Below are positions 30,467 to 32,000 of a stretch of DNA of 32,000 nt, one piece after another (the stretch's first letter is position 1; each line of letters opens with the position of its first letter). Under the pieces are notes generated by a model that saw nothing but the letters and a program-made list of their open reading frames with translations, did not search any database and was not told the DNA's origin. A program made the position numbers and the translations under genes. The DNA lies in NCBI GenBank assembly GCA_963704755.1, contig OY969938.1, positions 2,160,001-2,192,000 of the forward strand, in the 5' to 3' direction. The DNA comes from an uncultured Chloroflexia bacterium. Lineage in GTDB: Bacteria > Chloroflexota > Anaerolineae > Anaerolineales > Anaerolineaceae.

Positions 30467-32000
30467 ATGCTCATCCATCCTGACGTCATCGCAGCAGCAG
30501 AAAGGCGCATGCCGGCCGGGATGGCCGCGCCCGCCCCGCGCCGGGTCACCCCGGCCGCTGATTTATCCTTCGCTATCGCGCCTACCCCGGCGCCACCCCC
30601 GCCGGTCGATACGGCTTCCTTCGCCGGGCGGGCGGCCAACCTGTCCTTCGGCGGCGCCCATCCCAGCACGATCGAGCTCGAGCGCCTGATCGGCAACAAC
30701 GACCTGGTGGACGAGTTCTATCTCCAGCGCGCGCTGGTCGCCGCCGGGCCGGTGATGCGCATCACCTTGCGCGACCCGGCCGGCCGCGAGCGTGGCTGGG
30801 CGACCGGGTTCATGGTCTCGCCCCACCTGCTGCTGACCAACTGGCACGTCTTCCCCAACCTGGATGAAGCCCAAAACGCCATCGCCGAGGCCAATTACGT
30901 CCTGGATATCGCCGGCAACCCGGCACCCTCTTATCGCTTCGACGTCCACGCCGAACAGTATTACCTGGCCAATCAGCAGCTCGATTTTGCCCTGGTCGGC
31001 GTAACGCCGCTCGCCCAGGATGGCAGCACCCCGCTCAGCCGCTTTGGCTACCACCGCCTGGTAGCAGAGCCTAACAAGATCCGCGAAGGCGAATGTATCA
31101 CCATTATCGAGCACCCTGGCGGGGAGCGCCGCCAGTGCGCCATCCGCGAGAACAACCTGGTCAAAATTTTGGATCAGTTCCTCTGGTACCAGAGTGACAC
31201 CGCCCCTGGCTCATCCGGTGCGCCGGCCTTCAACGATTCGTTCCAGGTTGTCGCCCTGCACCACTCCGGGGCCGCCAAGCGGGATGAGGACGGCAAATAC
31301 GTGCTCAAAGACGGCAGCCTGCGCGATTCGTTGGACGGGGTGGACGAAAGCCAGGTAATCTGGGTGGCCAACGAAGGGCTGCGCATCAGCGTGCTGTGCA
31401 CCTACCTCCAGTCTACCCTCGACCCGGGCAAACCGGTCGAGCAGGAGCTGCTGCAAGCCATGCGCGGCGGGGACGTGCTGGCGGCTGCACTCAAAAATGC
31501 CGCTGTCACCCCCACCCCGGTCGAGGCCGGGCCGGCCCCTTCCGCCCCGGCGCATACCGACCTGCCGGCTGCTCCAGGTACTACCCTGACCATCCCCCTG
31601 CAACTGCAAATTTCGCTGGGCTGGGGCGGGCCGGTCGGGTTGACGGTCACGCCGCAGGCAGGCCAAACCCCGTCCAGCCTGAATCTCGCGCCGTCCGGCC
31701 TTATCGGCGAGGAAGCCCTGCGCTACCCGGTGGTGGACCGCGACTATTCCTCACGCACCGGCTACGACACCGGCTTCCTGGGGATCGATGCCCCGCTGCC
31801 CCAGGTCAGCGACACTTCCCTGGTGGCGGTCATGGCCGACGGGAAGTATGCCATCCCCTACGAACATTTCACCGTAGTGCTCAACAAAAAGCGCCGCCTG
31901 GCCTTGTTTACCGCCTCCAACGTGGATTACGCCCCGGCCAAACGCGAACCCGAGCCGGGCGATTACAGCCGCGACGGCCTGACCGGCCTTGGCCCGCACG
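30467..32000 (+). CDS. Trypsin-like (S1, V8/Glu-endopeptidase-like) serine protease fused to a DNA/RNA non-specific endonuclease domain; 3' end outside the window
   Basis: Not in the ORF track because it has no stop in the window. I translated 511 codons manually from the ATG at 30467 and found no stop. Catalytic-triad contexts are LLLTNWHVF (His codon 30845-30847), QQLDFALVGV (Asp 30983-30985) and DTAPGSSGAP (Ser 31214-31216). A Pro/Ala linker is followed by GYDTGFLG...IPYEHFTVVLNKKRRLALFTASNVDY, typical of the N-terminal part of Endonuclease_NS/NUC-type domains. The DRGH-type active site would lie beyond 32000. Confidence 0.85.
   Translation, partial: MLIHPDVIAAAERRMPAGMAAPAPRRVTPAADLSFAIAPTPAPPPPVDTASFAGRAANLSFGGAHPSTIELERLIGNNDLVDEFYLQRALVAAGPVMRITLRDPAGRERGWATGFMVSPHLLLTNWHVFPNLDEAQNAIAEANYVLDIAGNPAPSYRFDVHAEQYYLANQQLDFALVGVTPLAQDGSTPLSRFGYHRLVAEPNKIREGECITIIEHPGGERRQCAIRENNLVKILDQFLWYQSDTAPGSSGAPAFNDSFQVVALHHSGAAKRDEDGKYVLKDGSLRDSLDGVDESQVIWVANEGLRISVLCTYLQSTLDPGKPVEQELLQAMRGGDVLAAALKNAAVTPTPVEAGPAPSAPAHTDLPAAPGTTLTIPLQLQISLGWGGPVGLTVTPQAGQTPSSLNLAPSGLIGEEALRYPVVDRDYSSRTGYDTGFLGIDAPLPQVSDTSLVAVMADGKYAIPYEHFTVVLNKKRRLALFTASNVDYAPAKREPEPGDYSRDGLTGLGPH

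Noticed and set aside
30451-31999. Minus-strand track ORFs (30451-30699, 30563-31114, 31174-31401, 31211-31666, 31402-31650, 31751-31999)
   Set aside because: All lie antisense to the uninterrupted + strand protease-nuclease frame, which has catalytic-triad motifs, an RBS and a consensus promoter.

Overview
High-GC bacterial chromosomal window. I call 30 protein-coding genes and one tRNA-Pro(TGG); there are no rRNA genes, CRISPR arrays or recognisable transposase or integrase genes. Gene content fits a Chloroflexota-like organism: a bacterial Elp3 homologue, two F420/deazaflavin-type oxidoreductases and GGAGG-type ribosome-binding sites (RBS). That taxonomic placement is inference only. Most genes are unrelated singletons or pairs: Fur-family regulator, GNAT, esterase lipoprotein, GT2, RNase HII, two SAM methyltransferases, Elp3, M50/CBS protease, thioesterase, FhuF-like protein, DMT transporter, GbsR/MarR plus hydrolase. 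Four things stand out. (1) A class-II Fic gene lies divergent from a NurA-like nuclease. The nuclease is translationally coupled to a 203-aa protein that looks like an isolated HerA N-terminal (HAS-barrel) domain. No HerA ATPase is present in the window. (2) An open-ended CDS (30467 to beyond 32000, + strand) is absent from the supplied ORF track. It encodes a trypsin-like serine protease fused to the start of a DNA/RNA non-specific endonuclease domain. It sits behind a consensus promoter and a ~1 kb repeat island. (3) A tightly packed four-gene operon encodes a Yip1-like protein, an ABC ATPase, a secreted CARDB-like protein and an FtsX permease. (4) Intergenic DNA is densely filled with structured repeat families. 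These include phase-exact TAGC/GCTAA heptamer arrays that contain the genes' own stop codons, long near-perfect hairpins that all share a GCGAAGC/GCTTCGC apex, ~185-nt double-stem elements, inverted low-complexity arm elements, and a 74-75-bp tandem array next to a DUF559 gene bracketed by G/C-hairpin motifs. All product calls rest on motifs read by eye; no database search was possible.
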